From an uncultured virus (IMG/VR IMGVR_UViG_3300036715_002711) (lineage: Duplodnaviria; Heunggongvirae; Uroviricota; Caudoviricetes): a DNA stretch of 64,000 nucleotides. The notes beneath the pieces are model-generated. The model did no database searches, was not told the DNA's origin, and was given only the letters and a program-made list of their open reading frames with translations. Of this stretch, positions 46,721-60,016 are shown piece after piece. The position numbers and the translations under genes are program-made. The stretch lies in IMG/VR virus record IMGVR_UViG_3300036715_002711; one strand, given 5' to 3'. Positions within the stretch are counted from its first letter, which is position 1; every line of letters starts with the position of its first letter.

Positions 46721-47255
46721 CGATGATCTCCGCTTGGTCGATGAAGTGGCCCTGTCGTCCTACATTGATGAGCGCCTTGTGGCTGATCTTGGAGCGGCGG
46801 AAGGCGGTGATGAAGTCCTCTTGCTCCTCCTTGCGCTTGCCCCAGTCAAAGCCGAGGCCGTCATCGACGAGCCTTGCTTCGAGGTCCACGTCATGATTGA
46901 CGAGCAGGACGAGCAGGGTGTTGTCAACGCCCTTGCCTTGCTCGAGGTCGAGCACGTAGCTGCCGTCATAGCCGCGATAGCGATGGGCATAGACCATCTC
47001 GCCGAGGTGGCCGCGGTCCATGATGACCCGAGCGTCCGAAGCGAGAAGCTTGAACATGCCACCGAAGGAATCGCGCTGGTAGAACTCGTGCGCCTTGCCC
47101 CGCCCGACTCGTAGCTCGTAGTAGGACAGCAGCTCAGGCTTGCTGTAATGCAGGCTGGTGAAGTGGCCGAGCCGTTGCTTAAGGTTGTCAACAAGCGTGC
47201 TTTTACCAAGCCTGTCCAAACCTTCACAAATTATGTTTTGCAGCATATTTTTCAA
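46665..47255 (-). CDS. thymidylate-kinase-like dNMP kinase
   Basis: IICEGLDRLGKST, IMDRGHLGEMVY..YRGY. Confidence 0.88.
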   Translation of the reverse strand: MKNMLQNIICEGLDRLGKSTLVDNLKQRLGHFTSLHYSKPELLSYYELRVGRGKAHEFYQRDSFGGMFKLLASDARVIMDRGHLGEMVYAHRYRGYDGSYVLDLEQGKGVDNTLLVLLVNHDVDLEARLVDDGLGFDWGKRKEEQEDFITAFRRSKISHKALINVGRQGHFIDQAEIIDAVSQAYLKAAWYTSIDA

Positions 47256-48129
47256 CTCTTTTTAACTTACTATTGTCAATGACAATTGTTTGATCAGCCA
47301 TCAACTTTATCAACTTAGCATATGAGATTTTATTCACATTCTCATCCGAGAGCAATTTTATTCTCTTCCCAGTAGCTCGTACTGCATCAAGTTTAGCTAG
47401 GACCTCTCTAGATCTGCTAAGCGATTTCGGTTTGATTTCGATGTACTCATCAGTTGCCGGTAGATAGAAATCAGGGAAGTATGATCGTTCTCTTCCGTCT
47501 ATCATATATTTGAAACGATGATTTTTAGACTCTGCTGATATCCAAACTATGCTATTTGCTTCTAACATGAGCATCATTGATAACTCAAGCAAGCTGCGAA
47601 AATAGAAGTTTTTGTAGTGACCGCTAATACCACACCCGGCCTTCTTTGGTGTAGGTTGACCGTACATTGGATTGCCAGAACCGCTATTGCGAATTGACAT
47701 GTTAAGTTTCATGTCAGCTGCTTTTTCTATTCCGAACAAATCCTCCCATTTTCCTCTGAGAGGTCTATCCGCGAATCCGCGTGATAATTTGCCACCAAAG
47801 TTTGGATTATTTTTCCCAGATCTTTTAGCTGTATACTCCGTTTTGATTCGTTTTGCCTTAGTCTCACCCACGATTTCTTCTAAGCGTTTATTTTTGGTTG
47901 CCAATCGCCCAGCCTCTCCAGCGATTGCATAATCCTCTTGTGTCTTGGTCTTGTTGGTTCTTCGTGTTGCACAAGGCTTACAAATATGGAATCCGTTCCA
48001 TCGTTGTTCGCTGTTACGAATTTGATTGAATGTTCTAAGTTGTTCTATTGTGCAGTCATCACAAGCAACTTTCCATAGCCTAATAGCTCTGTCAAACTTT
48101 TGTGATGTATCAATAATCTCTAATAGCAT
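47224..48129 (-). mobile_element. free-standing homing endonuclease (TnsA-like PD-(D/E)XK, NUMOD-like repeats)
   Basis: FRSLLE..YFPDF..IEIKP; SGKNNPNFG and SGSGNPMYG repeats; visibly AT-rich. Confidence 0.8.
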
Positions 48130-48180
48130 AATACCTCCTACAAATATGTATCTGTAGAAGGCATTGACCGATTAGATATT

Positions 48181-48669
48181 TTATGCGTTGAACAACAGCC
48201 GACAAATTTCAGCGGCGTCTTCGAGATTGTACACCTTCCACGAGATTGCCTCATTTAGCATAGCATGCTCATGAATGTCTCGCGGTGCGGTACCAGGAGC
48301 GTAGACGGCTGGGTCTGGCGTTCCTGGCTCGTCAAAGATGGCGATCACAGGCTTGTTGCGGTCCCAAGCCCAAGCGATCTCCATGACGGTGCCAATGCTA
48401 ACTCGTTGAGCACCCTGGAAGTTGACCACGACGGCGTCTGCGCTGCGCACATCAAAGGCGTCCCTGACCATGATCGCCTTGGCTGTGCTCATGCGATGCT
48501 GCATGTAGCTGTCGGCGATCATGCGGTCACCCTTGAGGTACTCCTTGCCCCGAAGCGGACTGTAGCACTGGACATTGGGAATCTCGAAGGCTTTGAACTT
48601 GTCACGCCAATTTTCGGACTCTCCCCAAGAACAGCCCGTAATCGGGCCTGCAAGGTAGATCTTATGCAT
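48181..48669 (-). CDS. nucleoside 2-deoxyribosyltransferase-like protein
   Basis: IYLAGPI, RDAFDVRSAD, SIGTVMEIAWA..KPVI. Confidence 0.85.
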   Translation of the reverse strand: MHKIYLAGPITGCSWGESENWRDKFKAFEIPNVQCYSPLRGKEYLKGDRMIADSYMQHRMSTAKAIMVRDAFDVRSADAVVVNFQGAQRVSIGTVMEIAWAWDRNKPVIAIFDEPGTPDPAVYAPGTAPRDIHEHAMLNEAISWKVYNLEDAAEICRLLFNA

Positions 48670-48673
48670 TATT

Positions 48674-48949
48674 TCAGCCCATCAGCTGAATGCGGGAGGT
48701 CTGTTGGAGGTAGGCCTTCTCGATGTCCGCACGCGGCTCAAATAGGGCTGCCACCTGGTTACGGTCAATCGTGACCGTGGCGTCAGGAGCGGACAAAAGC
48801 CAAGGCATGAATCCCAAGCCGACACCATTTTCATTCTCTTGAATGCCGATGGCTCGCGGCGACTCGATGGTGACCGTGGTATCGGTCTCGGAGGCCAGGC
48901 GGCCGATGATTTCGTCACCTTGCGGGAACTTGATTGCGATGATCTTCAT
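48674..48949 (-). CDS. Sm/Lsm-like small phage protein
   Basis: IKFPQGDEIIGR..PRAI..GFMPW..YLQQTSRI. Confidence 0.7.
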   Translation of the reverse strand: MKIIAIKFPQGDEIIGRLASETDTTVTIESPRAIGIQENENGVGLGFMPWLLSAPDATVTIDRNQVAALFEPRADIEKAYLQQTSRIQLMG

Positions 48950-48973
48950 GATGTTATTTCCGATACTGTTAGG

Positions 48974-49816
48974 TTAAGAGTTGAGCCAGGCGGTGAAGTC
49001 GCCCGGCTTGGAATCCTTGCTGATGTTACCTAGCAGGTAGATTACCTCGCTAGCGTCACGGATGCGGGGTACTTCGATGGGCGTGAAGGCCGAGCCTGCA
49101 TTGATTTCCTTCACCATGTCGAAGTGCCTCTCGTAGTAGTGGAACGAGTCGGCGATGTGGTGGTAAGAGCCCATCTGCAGGTCAGGGTAAGCGAAGTCAC
49201 GCAGACAGACGTAGACCATCTCTTGAATCAACGAGAAAGCCGGCGCGTCATTGCCCATGCCGAAGACAGCGTCCTGACTGCGCATGTGCACGCTCATCTT
49301 TAGCTCGTTGTCGCGGATGCGGAAGTTGAGGGCGTAGGTGCAAGGAAAGTCCTTGGTCGCTGGGTTGAGCAGGTGGCTGCGATTGAGGATGGTCGCCGAG
49401 GCACGGCGAGAGTCCTTGTCGCGCTGCAGCTCAGCGATGATCGCCGAGAACTGGCTCTTGTGCGCCAACGGAACTCCGATGCTCAACGGCGTGCGCCACT
49501 GATCATCACCACGACCGAAGACGTGAGCGCCGTAGTGCGAGTTGATGGTGCCGTCGGGGTTGGGCAGCTCTTGCCAGAGAGAGGCGGCGTCCACGATGCT
49601 GAGGTCAAACGGGTCGGCCTTCAGGTACCAGAGAAGCTCTTTCTTGACGTAGCCAAGCTTCAGCTTGCGAGCGTCAAAGTTGGCGAAGCGAGCATAAGGC
49701 GGCAGCTCGTAAGCATAGTTCTCGACCTCGATGACCTTCTGGCCACGGGGTGAGCACTCTTGGCCGGCAGCGACATCAGCGTAGATCTTGCGGAATGCTT
49801 GTTCAATTTCAGACAT
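48974..49816 (-). CDS. thymidylate-synthase-fold dCMP hydroxymethylase/methylase-like enzyme
   Basis: DSRRA, DFPCT, MRSQDAVFGMGND (Asp where ThyA has Asn), SFHYYERHF. Confidence 0.8.
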   Translation of the reverse strand: MSEIEQAFRKIYADVAAGQECSPRGQKVIEVENYAYELPPYARFANFDARKLKLGYVKKELLWYLKADPFDLSIVDAASLWQELPNPDGTINSHYGAHVFGRGDDQWRTPLSIGVPLAHKSQFSAIIAELQRDKDSRRASATILNRSHLLNPATKDFPCTYALNFRIRDNELKMSVHMRSQDAVFGMGNDAPAFSLIQEMVYVCLRDFAYPDLQMGSYHHIADSFHYYERHFDMVKEINAGSAFTPIEVPRIRDASEVIYLLGNISKDSKPGDFTAWLNS

Positions 49817-49830
49817 AGATTTGATTGTAT

Positions 49831-50919
49831 TCAGCTGTTGTAGAATGTGATGTTTGTTTTGAGCCTTTCAATAACCTGCTCAGGCTCTTGCAGCTTCAAC
49901 GCCCGCTCATAAGCCAGTCGGCCGTGCTCAAGCGCCTTGCTCTTGAAGCCGATGTTCCAAGCTCCGAGCGCCGCATAGTCATACGGCAAGTAGCCCCATG
50001 CCTCTGGATCGCTGATGTAGGTACGGCCTTGCTCGCCGGTCTTCAGGGTTGCTTCGGCTGAGCTGTATAGCAGGTTGAAGTCCTTCAGCAAGTAGGCGAC
50101 CTTGGCTAGCTCGTACCACGGCTCGCGGTCATTAGGTGCTTCAGCGCACGCCTTCAGCGCCCAGACCTTGGCGGCCTCATAGTCACCTCTGAACATGTGG
50201 CAGCGACTGATGAACCGCATCGATGCCGCGCGCTCGGAGGCCCACGTAGCCGACGGCAAGCTCAGGTGACGTTGCAGCTCTGTGATAGCCTTGTCGTAGT
50301 GGCCATAGTACATATACTCACGGCCCAGATAATGGCAGCTGCGGTCATCATGCGGCTCCTCCTTGACAGCTAGCTCGAGCAGCGGCAGGTAGGATGACCT
50401 GCTCTTGGACACGTCTGGGTAGTGGTGAAGCATGAACTCCTCCGACCACGCTTGCACCTCGGGCTCGTTGTAGAGCTGAAGGATTTCGTGCACAGGCTTG
50501 ACCCAACGGTAGTTCTTGCGCTGGTGGATCTTGTCGTAGTAGAATGTGGTAGCCGGCGTATCGTCGGCGTTGTGGCTCCATGCGTACTTGTAACGTAGGC
50601 GTGTCGTGCCAGGCACCCAAGCCCTCTCCACGGCCGCCCGCCAGCCGGGTGTCAGGACCTCGTCAAGGTCGATACAGACGCAGATGTCGGTGCTTGCAGG
50701 CACCATAGCGAGCGAAGCGTTGCGCGGCGTGTCAAAGCGCCACGGAGAGAAGACGCCCGTCTTGACTATAGCGCCGCGTGCTCGGAGCTTTTTTACCGTG
50801 TCGTCTGTGGAGCCCGTGTCAAGCACGTAGACATCATCAGCCTCATTGACCAGGCAGTCCATGAAGCGGTTCACATGCTTGGACTCATTGAGGGCAATTG
50901 TATAAACAGAAACTTTCAT
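49831..50919 (-). CDS. GT2 glycosyltransferase with TPR repeats
   Basis: IALNE, DTGSTDDT, WRFDTPRN, IDLDE, VHE, C-terminal TPR helices. Confidence 0.9.
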   Translation of the reverse strand: MKVSVYTIALNESKHVNRFMDCLVNEADDVYVLDTGSTDDTVKKLRARGAIVKTGVFSPWRFDTPRNASLAMVPASTDICVCIDLDEVLTPGWRAAVERAWVPGTTRLRYKYAWSHNADDTPATTFYYDKIHQRKNYRWVKPVHEILQLYNEPEVQAWSEEFMLHHYPDVSKSRSSYLPLLELAVKEEPHDDRSCHYLGREYMYYGHYDKAITELQRHLSLPSATWASERAASMRFISRCHMFRGDYEAAKVWALKACAEAPNDREPWYELAKVAYLLKDFNLLYSSAEATLKTGEQGRTYISDPEAWGYLPYDYAALGAWNIGFKSKALEHGRLAYERALKLQEPEQVIERLKTNITFYNS

Positions 50920-51473
50920 TATTCGGTCCTTGGAAATTTACGTCCTAGATTATGCTTGTCTCGACCTTCATCGCGGCGGTTTTGGCGTGCTTCTGTTAGT
51001 TTTGCAATGTGCTCAGCACTGAAGGGCAATTTCTTCCCTATCCGAGATGTTGACATTTTGGCACGGGTTTCTGCGGATGCGGTTGTGCCTATTTTAGCTT
51101 GCCACATTTTCTCAGCATGCTCGGGGCTTTTAGGAATGCCTTTCATTGAAGCCGACATTCGTGCCCGCGTTTCAGCTGATCGTTTAACGCCGCGCTCACC
51201 GCCACCTTCACCACCGATTTTCAAATTCATGCATAGGTCATCGGCAATTAACGCATGTGTGACGATTTCGCGTTCACGTCGCTTTACTTCATCTAAGCTC
51301 TGGCAATACTCGAGGATGATCTTGGCATGTTGATCCGATCTATATTTTTCAATAGACCTACGGATCAACTTCCCAGAGCCCAAATAGCCATCTTCGAGCT
51401 TCTTGGTAGTATGCATGCCGATGTAATATCGACCTGTAACTAAACAAGTAGTTTTGTAGATGTAATGAAACAC
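50919..51473 (-). mobile_element. GIY-YIG homing endonuclease with NUMOD3 repeats
   Basis: YIYKTT..YYIGMH..YLGSG; SAETRARMS and SAETRAKMS. Confidence 0.9.
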
Positions 51474-51476
51474 TAC

Positions 51477-53243
51477 TTAGGTCTTCCGTTCTGCCTCTGA
51501 GGCTTTGAATGTTGCTGGATCGATGGCGGCGCCGAGCGCGTTCATCACCGACAAGTACTCATCGGCGCCGATCGAGCCCGCGTTATAGAGCTTGAGCAGC
51601 TCGCCGCCTGCATTGTAGACAAAGTTAGGTGGCTCCCAGTCCACCTTCTCTTCGAGCATCGCCTTGAACTCAGGCGTCCACACGTCCTCGCGCCGCATGT
51701 AGCCTTGGGTGGGTTGTTCACAGCGAAGAGCTGCATGCCAGGCGTTCTGTGCTGGCCTGGCATGCCGTTCAAGCATCTCAGCCCACAGCACGAAGCTTTC
51801 ACGGATTCGCTTCAGCTTGGTTGAGCTTTCGAGCTCAACCAAGGCCTTGTCGATGTCGCCCTTGTGCTCATAGAGGCCTGCTTTACGCCAGCAGATGAAC
51901 GCCTTGTCAGCCTCAGGCTGTTGGCCGCAAGTTTCAAGGGCTGCCAGAGCCTCATCAATTCGTCCGGCTGCAGCGAGGTCGCTCGATAAGAAGGACCACA
52001 GCTTCCAGTCGGTCGGGTCCTCTTTGACAGCCTGTTCGAGCAGCGGCAAGTAGGATGACCTGCTCTTGCTATTGTCAGGCTGTTGCTTCATCAGCAGGCC
52101 AGTGCGCCAGATCGCGCAAGCTTCATTGCTCGCTACCAGCTTCTCATGCACTGGGTGGAACCAGCGGTAGCCGAACCGGCTATGGATCCGCTCATGGAAG
52201 TGGTTCGAGACGTTCGGGGCTTCGTCAGGCTTGTCCCAGTTCCAGTGGGTCGAAAACGAGTGGTAGACCCGGTCGATGATTTTACCTTGCCAGAAGGTGT
52301 CCCACCACGCTTTGCGCAGGTCAGGCACGAATGAGCCTTCGAGAGTCTCATCGGCATCGATTGAGATGCACAAGTCGATGTCGCTCGGCATGAAGCTGAG
52401 CGCGGCGTTGCGCGCGTCATCAAAGCGCCAAGGAGAGACGCAAAGCTCGTGCACTTGCATCTCTGGGCCGAAGTCAGGCGACTCGGCATACGTATTGAGC
52501 CTGGCAAGCGTGTCATCGGTCGAGCCGGTGTCGCAAGCGATAACGACATTGCAGTCATCCAGGCTGTCTAAGCAACGATTGATGAACTCACCCTCGTTCT
52601 TGCAAATCAGGTAAGCGCCAATGCTAGGTCGAAGCGTGCCGTAGATATGCGATGCGTAGTAGAAGCCCACGCCGATCTCATTATCTTGCACAGCCCGTGA
52701 TGACCACGGCCCAATGTGACCGCTCTTGACAGACTCGGGCATTAACGCCAGCTCTAGCTCCTTAAGGGTCAACCAGGTGTCAACGTGCGCTTCGTGCGGG
52801 TTGCCCAAGTACTCGCCTTGGGGGTAGTCGCCGATAGGCACCGACACAATCAGCATGCCACGTTCGCTGAGCAGCTGCTTCGCCATGTTGAGCACGTACA
52901 GCGCAACAGGTCGTGTCATGTGCTCAAGCACGTCACCGATGAAGATCAGGTCGAAGCGCTGAAGATGCTGCTGTTCGGTGAGCAGCCAAGCCATGGCTGA
53001 CTGCGCGTCCTGGATTAGCAGCTGGTCATATAGCTCGTTGAGGCCAAACTGTTCGACATACGGCTCCCAGATTTCAACCCCTGTCCAAGCGATCTTTGGA
53101 AAGAGCTGGTTGACGAGCTTCGGGTAGGTCCCACTACCCGCACCAATGTCGAGAGCTTTGAGCTCTTCATTCTTGCGACGGCTTGCGAGCCGTTGGAGGA
53201 CGGCTTTGATGATCGGCTTACCCGATTCTGAGCTATACGGCAT
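51477..53243 (-). CDS. SAM-dependent methyltransferase-GT2 glycosyltransferase-TPR fusion
   Basis: LDIGAGSG, GDVLEH; ICKNE, DTGSTDDT, FDDARN, IDADE, VHE; TPRs. Confidence 0.9.
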   Translation of the reverse strand: MPYSSESGKPIIKAVLQRLASRRKNEELKALDIGAGSGTYPKLVNQLFPKIAWTGVEIWEPYVEQFGLNELYDQLLIQDAQSAMAWLLTEQQHLQRFDLIFIGDVLEHMTRPVALYVLNMAKQLLSERGMLIVSVPIGDYPQGEYLGNPHEAHVDTWLTLKELELALMPESVKSGHIGPWSSRAVQDNEIGVGFYYASHIYGTLRPSIGAYLICKNEGEFINRCLDSLDDCNVVIACDTGSTDDTLARLNTYAESPDFGPEMQVHELCVSPWRFDDARNAALSFMPSDIDLCISIDADETLEGSFVPDLRKAWWDTFWQGKIIDRVYHSFSTHWNWDKPDEAPNVSNHFHERIHSRFGYRWFHPVHEKLVASNEACAIWRTGLLMKQQPDNSKSRSSYLPLLEQAVKEDPTDWKLWSFLSSDLAAAGRIDEALAALETCGQQPEADKAFICWRKAGLYEHKGDIDKALVELESSTKLKRIRESFVLWAEMLERHARPAQNAWHAALRCEQPTQGYMRREDVWTPEFKAMLEEKVDWEPPNFVYNAGGELLKLYNAGSIGADEYLSVMNALGAAIDPATFKASEAERKT

Positions 53244-53349
53244 GTGTATCCTATTCTATAGCTGTCAGCCCTCTATGCATAAATAGAGGGATTGACCGAC
53301 AGACATTATATCTATGGCTGTCACATAGAAGCATTTTAAGAGGGTCTTC

Positions 53350-54713
53350 ATGCAGGTACCGTACATTCAAGGCATTCTTAAGGGACAGACCGCCCTGCCT
53401 GGCAATGCGCGCCTGTTTCTTCAGATGGACGGAGCTTACGTTGACATCTACGTCACGGATCAAAAGCTCCTCGCTACGACCGCTCACAAGACTCGAAACT
53501 ACCTGCTTGACGAGCCATATAACGTCTCGCACGCTTGGGGCCCGCTGCCGACAACAGGCAACGCATGGCTCTATTGGGACATCAACACCGCAACAGCCGC
53601 TGTCTCACGCGGCTTCACAACTACGGCGCCGCAGTATGGCCCGTTGATGCCGTTGACTGTTACGAACGGCCTCCACTACTTCAACACGACAGAAAAGGTC
53701 ATGTACTACGGCTACGACGGCGCCTGGGTCCCTAAGATCCGAGTGTTTGCTGGCCACGTGCTGAACCTCGCCGTAGAGCCTTGGCCGTTTGCGTCACAGG
53801 TAGGTCTTGCCACTCCTTCTAGCGCCGGCTACATCGTGTACGGCCTGAGCGGCCGCGGCGTGCAAGACCCGCTTGACGGCACCTTCATCAACTCGGCCAA
53901 CGGCTTCAAGGTCATAGTCGGCGGCTTCGACAACGTGGTCTCGCTCGATGCCGAGCAGGAGTACACGCTGGCCGCTGAGCCGATCCCAGCCGGCTCATTT
54001 GTCGCCATTCAAGCGCCAGGTGCACTCGTAGTCGCTGACCCTGACCTTGATCGGTGGGCGTCTGGCTATGTTCGGCAGGCAACAGGCACAGGTCTGCCTG
54101 CACATGTCGTGTCGAGCGGCGTGGTCATCAATGACCAGTTTGACTTCGATGATGAAGACATCGGCAAGCTGCTTTGGCTCGACTCAGGCGGCGCCGTTAC
54201 GACCTCCCGGCCGTTCAATAGCATCGCGCAAGCCGTCGGCGTGGTACGAGGCCACAAGTCGCTGTTGCTCAGCTTCATGCTGGACAACATGTCTTCGGTT
54301 GTCGGTCCTACTGGCCCTGGTGGCGGCGATGCAGGCCCGACGGGCCCGCGCGGCCTTACCGGCCCGACCGGAGCCTTAGGGGGTGTAGGTTCTACCGGCC
54401 CAGCTGGAGCCGCTGGCCCGACAGGGGCAGACGGTTCTGCTGGGCCAACGGGTCCCGAAGGTCCGACTGGCCCAGCGCCGCAAACTACGACAACCGTCGG
54501 CATCACTACGCTTGTCAACGGTACGGCTACAGTCACAGCTACGATGGGCGACTCTGACCTTGTGTTTGTCAACCGGCTGTCAGACGGCGGCACCATCGGT
54601 TGCAGCTACTCAATCGTGAAGCTTGAAAACAGCTTCACGATTACCTCTCGAGACTATCTCGGTGCTGTTCAGGCGGCTGATACATCGCTGATCTCTTGGA
54701 TGATCGTTCCACA

Positions 54714-54717
<4 letters not shown>
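53350..54717 (+). CDS. virion structural protein with short collagen tract
   Basis: N-terminus paralogous to 56707 (LYWDIN, RVFA, SQVGL); TAAATA at 53280. Confidence 0.85.
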
Positions 54718-56693
<1,976 letters not shown>

Positions 56694-56706
56694 ATAGCGG
56701 CTAGTT

Positions 56707-58620
56707 ATGCAACTCAACTTTCGTCAAGGCATCGTTCGCGCTCGGTCTATCCTGTCCAAGCCCGACTTCCTCACCTACAACAACACCCATAGCACCGTAA
56801 ACGTGAACATCACGTCGCCGTGGTTGATCGTGGCTGCCGCGTATCGTGACAAGGATTACCTCATCGAGGAGCGCGTGAACCAGTCCCAGTCATGGGGCCC
56901 GTTCAACTGGCTGCCTATTTGGGGCGCGCCTCCTTCGCTGATCACCTATCAGCTGTATTGGGACATCAACCTGGCTACAGGTCATGTGACCAAGGGCTAC
57001 ACGCCGTGGTCGGTCACCTACGGCCCGACAGCGCCTACAGGCCAACGTGTTGACCAGTGCTGGTTCAACACGAACGAGCACATCATGTACTACTGGGACT
57101 CGACGACCTGGAAGCAGTGCTGCCGCGTCTTCGCCGCTTCGTTTGGCCCGAGCACACAAGTCATCACGCACCGGAGCTTCGGCTCGCAGGTGGGCTTAAA
57201 CGTCAACGTCACTGCGGGTTACATCACCTACGGCGAGGACCTGAAAGCGATCAGGCTTGACGACGGCACCCTGCTGACTTCGGCGACGAACATCGTCATC
57301 AACACTGGCCGCTACAGCTCGCCGGTCAACCTCGAGGCTGGCTCGACAGCGATGATCGCCCAAGAGCCGATTCCGGCCTTCGTGTGCGTCACCAACATCA
57401 ACCTGTCAACCGCCGCACTCGCAAGCCCCGTTGACGCCATGAAGTGGCCGATCGGCATCTCTACGCATGAAGCCGCCGTCGGAGACGTGGTCGAGTACCT
57501 GCAGGACGGCATCCTTTACAATGACCAGTGGAACTGGGACTTCTCGCTCGGCAAGGACATCTTCTGCGGCGTGAACGGCGTGCTGTACCAGGGTCCGCCG
57601 TCCAACGCAACGCAGCTAGGCGAGCTAAAGGTCGGCACGATCCTCTCTGAGGTCTCGATTCAGCTTGACATTGACCGCTTCGGCGCCGCAGGCATGGGCG
57701 GTCAAGGCATGGGCCCGCTTGACCAAGACGTTGAGGTCATCGGCACTTCCGTCGGCGCGGTCGATGAGGGCTTTACCTTCACTCAAGGCTTGACATTCTC
57801 GCAGTTTGTGCTGCTAGTCTCGCAGCGTACCCTGCCTCCTGGCTATGTTGCGCCGTCAATGGGCATCACAGGCAACAGCATCCCTGACCCGGACCCGTCA
57901 TCTCAGATTCCGCTGCTGAACAGCTATCAAATCGGTTCAATTACTGTGTCTGAGATCGGCACGTTCTTGGACATCGAGGTCAACCGAAGCTACAACCCAG
58001 GGGACGGTGGCCCTGAAAACGGCACTACGCTGTCAAAGAACTCGGTGCTGCTTGCAACTAGCTACCCGAACACCGACAATTTTATACAACAGACGCTCTC
58101 GCCTGTTGTCTATTCGGGTACGACGAGCTATAACGAGGGCGACTGCAAGCTCAACAACATGGGCGTTGAGGATTGCACTGGCCATATTCTTGCAGGTACA
58201 GCGCCCTCAAATTCCATCTCTTATGTAGGTAAATGGCTGGCATACTATGGCTCGCCATCTGAAGGCGCGCCGATGACCGGCGCCGACGTGCGAAACAACC
58301 TGACACCGACGTTTAGCTCAGACGTAAATGCTACGGTGGATTCAGCCGGTGTAGCCATCGGTGGGTCGATTCTTCCGAACTTTGTCATTACGATCCCGCC
58401 TGGCTCACCTAGCGTAACTTTTGCATACCCAGCGGACCGGCGAGCGGTTGCCTCCGTGCGTTATCAAGAGCTCGCTGACTCTGAAGTTAAGGGCAACTTT
58501 GTAGAAAGCTCGATGCAAGTGTACGGCAATAATGGGTACGGCCCCATAACCTACCGAGTCTACACCTATACCCCGGTTGAGCCCTTCTCGATCACGAACC
58601 ACTACAGGGTCTTCATCTAA
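56707..58620 (+). CDS. virion structural protein
   Basis: [10 protein letters not shown], paralog of 53350; TAAATA at 56691. Confidence 0.85.
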   Translation: MQLNFRQGIVRARSILSKPDFLTYNNTHSTVNVNITSPWLIVAAAYRDKDYLIEERVNQSQSWGPFNWLPIWGAPPSLITYQLYWDINLATGHVTKGYTPWSVTYGPTAPTGQRVDQCWFNTNEHIMYYWDSTTWKQCCRVFAASFGPSTQVITHRSFGSQVGLNVNVTAGYITYGEDLKAIRLDDGTLLTSATNIVINTGRYSSPVNLEAGSTAMIAQEPIPAFVCVTNINLSTAALASPVDAMKWPIGISTHEAAVGDVVEYLQDGILYNDQWNWDFSLGKDIFCGVNGVLYQGPPSNATQLGELKVGTILSEVSIQLDIDRFGAAGMGGQGMGPLDQDVEVIGTSVGAVDEGFTFTQGLTFSQFVLLVSQRTLPPGYVAPSMGITGNSIPDPDPSSQIPLLNSYQIGSITVSEIGTFLDIEVNRSYNPGDGGPENGTTLSKNSVLLATSYPNTDNFIQQTLSPVVYSGTTSYNEGDCKLNNMGVEDCTGHILAGTAPSNSISYVGKWLAYYGSPSEGAPMTGADVRNNLTPTFSSDVNATVDSAGVAIGGSILPNFVITIPPGSPSVTFAYPADRRAVASVRYQELADSEVKGNFVESSMQVYGNNGYGPITYRVYTYTPVEPFSITNHYRVFI

Positions 58621-59855
58621 TGGCTGCGCTTACTCTCTTTCCGCTCCAGTATAAGCGGCAGGACTCAGTTCCGATTGACATCGATAGCTCGTTTGCGACA
58701 ACGGCTGAGCGGCTCGACTACCTGACTTCACCTCGCCGTTACGGTGGCCAGATCGTTGCAGACCTGGAGGAGGATGTAGCCTACATCATGAACGCCGCCC
58801 GGGACACGTGGATCCCTATCGGCTCGAGCCCTGTACGTTACAACGCCACCCGAGACACCATCGAATACCCGTCCGTAGTTGACAGCGGTACCTACTTTGA
58901 CTTGTCGTCGCCCCGTATCCGCACGAAGGCCGTTAACTACGAGCTTGTCATCACGGATGTCTCTTACTTGTTCCGCTTTAACAGCACAGGTGGAGTCAAT
59001 GCATCGCTGGTCATTCCTGATGACGCAACGGTTAACTTCCCCATCGGCACGACCGTGGTGGCGTCGCAAGTAGGCACTGACCCTACATTTATCACCCCAA
59101 AGAACGGCTCGGTTACCCTCAACTCGCCTGGCGGCACCCTCCAGATCGGCCAACGCTACGGCAAGGTCTCAGTCACGAAGGTAGGTGCCAACGAGTGGGA
59201 TATCGAGGGCAACCTGTTCGGCTTCGGTGTTTCGGTCACTGGCTCGATCCTGGCTACAGGCCCGGCTGGTCCTGCCGGCGCCCGCGGCCCAACAGGACCG
59301 TCTTTGACAGGCCCAACTGGCGCTAAGGGCGCAACCGGGAATGCAGGTCCAACCGGCCTTAACGGCCTAAGCATCACCGGCCCAACCGGCGACTCAGTCA
59401 CCGGCCCAACCGGCGCTGCTTCAAATGTCACCGGCCCAACAGGCCCGCTTGGCCCAACAGGAGCGTTCGGTGGTCCGACGGGTCCGACCGGCGCTAACGG
59501 CATGGGAGGTCCTGGCCCAACCGGTCCAGCAGGCGGGGCAACAGCCATCGCCTTTCGGAACTCTACATCGACAACTGAGAGCTTCTTGCTTGCTGACGCC
59601 GGTGGCTTAATCCGCATCAATGTGTCAGGTGCAGGTATCGTGTCGGTGCCACTCAACTCGACCGTGCCGTTCACGCTCGGGCAGTTTATCAGCGTTCGAC
59701 AAGTCGGCACAGGTCAGATTACGCTTTCACCAGCAGGCGGTGTGACGCTCAACATCCCCGTTGGGTATGCGGGCGCGACGGGTCGCCGCGGCGCTGTCAT
59801 CCTAGCGATGTACGTGGGTTCAGATACCTGGGACGTGACAGGAGACGTAGCGTGA
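58620..59855 (+). CDS. collagen-containing virion protein with duplicated FPIG/FTLG beta domains
   Basis: VNFPIGT..QVGT..WDIEGNL and VPFTLGQ..QVGTG..WDVTGDV flanking a GPT tract. Confidence 0.85.
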   Translation: MAALTLFPLQYKRQDSVPIDIDSSFATTAERLDYLTSPRRYGGQIVADLEEDVAYIMNAARDTWIPIGSSPVRYNATRDTIEYPSVVDSGTYFDLSSPRIRTKAVNYELVITDVSYLFRFNSTGGVNASLVIPDDATVNFPIGTTVVASQVGTDPTFITPKNGSVTLNSPGGTLQIGQRYGKVSVTKVGANEWDIEGNLFGFGVSVTGSILATGPAGPAGARGPTGPSLTGPTGAKGATGNAGPTGLNGLSITGPTGDSVTGPTGAASNVTGPTGPLGPTGAFGGPTGPTGANGMGGPGPTGPAGGATAIAFRNSTSTTESFLLADAGGLIRINVSGAGIVSVPLNSTVPFTLGQFISVRQVGTGQITLSPAGGVTLNIPVGYAGATGRRGAVILAMYVGSDTWDVTGDVA

Positions 59856-60016
59856 ACAATGGCTTTTCAAATGCTGTAGTTTCAGCCGAACTTCGGCTGT
59901 CTACCATGCCGCTCAACTTGGTGCTTAAGCAGACCAGCCTGACATATACGCCTCAAGCCGGTGACAGCTTGATCCTGCAGTTTTCCAACTCAAACTACAC
60001 ACCACCTACTGTATGA
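59852..60016 (+). CDS. small hypothetical protein
   Basis: 54-aa ORF overlapping both neighbours by 4 nt. Confidence 0.5.
   Translation: MNNGFSNAVVSAELRLSTMPLNLVLKQTSLTYTPQAGDSLILQFSNSNYTPPTV

Noticed and set aside
48974..49816. Simple duplicate thyA
   Set aside because: Lacks the ThyA PPCH and PFN motifs; carries Asp at the specificity position
50919..51473. Group I intron splitting one glycosyltransferase
   Set aside because: Both flanking GTs are complete with their own start and stop, and there is no room for intron core RNA
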